Source: Hydrurus foetidus (lineage: Eukaryota). From it: a stretch of 20,000 nt of DNA. The notes below the pieces were generated by a model, which was given only the letters and a program-made list of their open reading frames with translations, was not told where the DNA came from and searched no databases. The stretch is taken from NCBI GenBank assembly GCA_900617105.1, contig UYFQ01000549.1, forward strand, positions 48,596-68,595, written 5' to 3'. A program made the position numbers and the translations under genes. Below, piece by piece: positions 17,473 through 20,000 of the stretch; the first letter of the stretch is position 1, and every line of letters begins with the position of its first letter.

Positions 17473-19823
17473 AGCTTCTTACCAACGGACCCAACATCAA
17501 CCCTGAGGACGGATGGCAGAACAACACGCTTTTGGATAACGCCGAACCCTCCGGGTATGTGCGCTTCTCCCTCAACATGTTCCGAGTCACCGACACTGAC
17601 CCAGCACCTCCTCCGGATACACCGTCTAATCCTCCTCTCGAGTTAGCACTTCCGCCAGGACTCCCTCCATCAGGACACTCACCACTGCGATCTCCAACTC
17701 GTCCATCTTCTAATGCCGCCTCTCCCTTAATGCTCCGACCGTACGTACGTTCCGAACATACTCAACCAGCATCTACCCCAGTACTCCTGGGTACCCCCCC
17801 GACTCCTGTCGCCCCAGAGAATGCTACAGCATGGGACACGCCGCGCCATCAGAACATCTCCTCGCCAACATATGGGACCCCAATGCAAGAAGAAGTCGAT
17901 GCCTTCACACGTACCTGGGCCTTCCTCACCAATGACGAAGTCACCTCCTCCACTGTCTTCCAGGGTATCTGCCGACAATGCTCCACGTACATCCTTCAGT
18001 ACTACACTGTGGTCCACCACCGCATTCATCAGCAGCCCCTCTCAGCAAATGACTTCATCATCTATGTGAACCGTCCCGCCTTGCCTGGATCCCCTACACC
18101 GGCGCCTCATATATACCTCGCTATTTTCGGCTGGGTATCCCCAACCACCCTCAGCAACTGCCGCGCTGATGTCAGAGACGGATACTCTCGGTATATGAAC
18201 CTCATCCACAAGATTGCTCGCAACCTGCTGCTCGCCAACACTGAGCCGCCGACTCCACCCAATCTTGAGTATGACCCAGGGCACTACCGCACCTTCAATC
18301 CAACCTTGATTGAAGACATCACCACCTATCAGTCCACAGTCGGGAACATTTTCTTTTACTTCCTCGTCCACACTGCTCTGTACCTCGACGACCAGATCAG
18401 TCCAGACCACATGGCGATATTTGAAAGTGTCCTCATCTACGACTGTGCCTCCTGGGTCGCAGCACAGCTTGCCCGATATGCCAATGCACCCGGCAACTCC
18501 TGGCACAACATTCCCACTCTTCGCATCCTCATGCTCACGGAAGTTGATGCACACGTTGACGGTCTTATGACACGAACTGGATCGAACGAGTCATTCATCC
18601 AAGCTATTCGAGTCGTAATCCAGCATGTCCTACCCGATGCATTTCATGTTACACCCAACAGCCTCTTCGTCGGACCCGATCCTGTTGAACCCACCGAGTC
18701 ACACTACCGCACAGTATCTCTCGCCAGGGACCTCGCAGCATCTACTGCCCCACAGAACATACGCAAACGATACACTTTGCGGAACTATGAGAGCGATTCA
18801 GAATCCTCTGTCGAAGACTCCATCTGTTTCCTCCCGTACAACATGTCCTGTCCAACACATAACATCAGTGGCCCTCGATGCGCCCTCTCTTATGTTAACT
18901 ACCTACATGGAGCCGTCACACGTCTCATGGTCCCTCCATCAGACGCATCCCCATGGGTACCACCGGACGCATCCATGGAACTTCAGCGGTACAACGCAAG
19001 GAAGCGCGGCATCGCATTCCAGAAAGACCAGGCTCAAGGGGACACTAAGCGTCAAGACACCACCTCGTCCTCGTCAGCATCCTCTTCCGCCTCACCGTCA
19101 ACATCGATTCCCACTACGCTTCCGGAGTTCAATACTCCGTTACCACCTGTTCCATCGACACCCTCTGACCCTCTTACCGGGTCACTCAAACGTTGGCAAG
19201 CCGCGCAACCACTTGCATCCGACTCGCCTTTCACTATGCCTCGTGCCCAGCGCCACCGAATGACTCCACCAGTCGGATCTCAACGCTCGACAAATGTCCG
19301 ACATGCCTTCAACAGTACTCGCCCTCCGCTTGCATCAGCTCGCCCTCCTGCACCATCCGGCGGTACCTCCGACTCCAAGCTCAACACATTCGTCGTCAAG
19401 TCCCAACATGAGAGACTCAACTCGTTCCACGTCCCCGACAAGGTCATCTTCGACTCTGGTGCTTCACGCTCTGGCACCGGCCGCTCCCAACGTCTTACCA
19501 GCATTGAACCTGTCAGCACATCCGTCACAGTCACCCCTGCATTCGGTCCGTCCATGACACCAACACACCAAGGCAGCCTCGGACCGTTGGAGCTTAGCAC
19601 CCTCCTTCTCCCTGCACTAGGCGACAGCACCCTTGTCTCTGTCTCCCAGTTCTGCGCTGGCGGTGTCACCAACGACCACTTCATCGGCATCTTCACTCAT
19701 AAAGACTTCCGCTTCTATGAGACTGCATCAGCCCTTCCCTACATTGCACTGGTAGCTCAGCATGGAAAGGAGGTCACCCGTGGAACCGTCCAAGACGGCC
19801 TCTACGTGGAGACTCCCTACTGA
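17469..19823 (+). CDS. pol: Family B ORF2: Pro-rich linkers, unknown globular domain, copia protease; the frame continues past TGA into integrase
   Basis: 784-aa ORF; DSG at 19452-19460, LVSVSQ, GLY. 19824-20000 in the same frame reads PTTRESLLVTHYTPASLYDHVHQATGHPG...RPVCPG. Confidence 0.85.
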   Translation: MKLLTNGPNINPEDGWQNNTLLDNAEPSGYVRFSLNMFRVTDTDPAPPPDTPSNPPLELALPPGLPPSGHSPLRSPTRPSSNAASPLMLRPYVRSEHTQPASTPVLLGTPPTPVAPENATAWDTPRHQNISSPTYGTPMQEEVDAFTRTWAFLTNDEVTSSTVFQGICRQCSTYILQYYTVVHHRIHQQPLSANDFIIYVNRPALPGSPTPAPHIYLAIFGWVSPTTLSNCRADVRDGYSRYMNLIHKIARNLLLANTEPPTPPNLEYDPGHYRTFNPTLIEDITTYQSTVGNIFFYFLVHTALYLDDQISPDHMAIFESVLIYDCASWVAAQLARYANAPGNSWHNIPTLRILMLTEVDAHVDGLMTRTGSNESFIQAIRVVIQHVLPDAFHVTPNSLFVGPDPVEPTESHYRTVSLARDLAASTAPQNIRKRYTLRNYESDSESSVEDSICFLPYNMSCPTHNISGPRCALSYVNYLHGAVTRLMVPPSDASPWVPPDASMELQRYNARKRGIAFQKDQAQGDTKRQDTTSSSSASSSASPSTSIPTTLPEFNTPLPPVPSTPSDPLTGSLKRWQAAQPLASDSPFTMPRAQRHRMTPPVGSQRSTNVRHAFNSTRPPLASARPPAPSGGTSDSKLNTFVVKSQHERLNSFHVPDKVIFDSGASRSGTGRSQRLTSIEPVSTSVTVTPAFGPSMTPTHQGSLGPLELSTLLLPALGDSTLVSVSQFCAGGVTNDHFIGIFTHKDFRFYETASALPYIALVAQHGKEVTRGTVQDGLYVETPY

Positions 19824-20000
19824 CCAACCACTCGGGAGAGTCTTTTGGTCACACACTATACTCCCGCTTCACTGTACGACCACGTGCATCAAGCCACAGG
19901 CCACCCCGGTCTTCCAGGCATGGCATGGCACCGCGATCATTCCCTCAATGCTCGCTTCACCACCAAAGATGCACACACCTCCCGTCCGGTCTGTCCTGGA

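Larger units (their letters stand above)
15592..20000 (+). mobile_element. Ty1/copia family B copy 2 (5' LTR, PBS, gag, extra region, PR, start of IN); runs off the window
   Basis: LTR plus PBS; gag; VIFDSGAS protease; HVHQATGH...CPG integrase zinc-binding region matching copy 1. Confidence 0.93.

Noticed and set aside
18042..19696. Antisense and alternate-frame ORFs (18042-18554, 18625-19263, 19280-19696) and small ORFs within LTRs
   Set aside because: Shadows of the C-rich ORF2 or LTR sequence, with no recognisable motifs.

Overview
Eukaryotic DNA (short GT-AG introns, probably a protist; host not determinable) made up mostly of nested transposable elements. Left part: the 3' end of an unknown CDS (1-545), a decayed minus-strand gene (913-1807) and a decayed GT92/DUF23-like glycosyltransferase gene (2367-4016). 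Element A (4244-7903) is a young Ty1/copia LTR element with 285-bp LTRs (1 mismatch), CCGTT target duplication and gag-PR-IN, but no RT/RNase H. Its primer-binding position is exactly complementary to a 10-mer inside its own LTR, suggesting Tf1-like self-priming in a copia element. Copia family B occurs as an inverted pair: a 5'-truncated minus copy (8175-11575; IN-RT-RNase H-LTR) and a plus copy (15592 to beyond 20000; LTR-PBS-gag-extra region-PR). Family B has a CCCH instead of CCHC finger in gag, about 650 extra residues with an unrecognised globular domain before the protease, and an HSDD RT motif. Between the copies are LTR relics, a copia RNase H fragment and the left part of a PIF/Harbinger-like DNA transposon, whose transposase is interrupted by the plus copy of family B.
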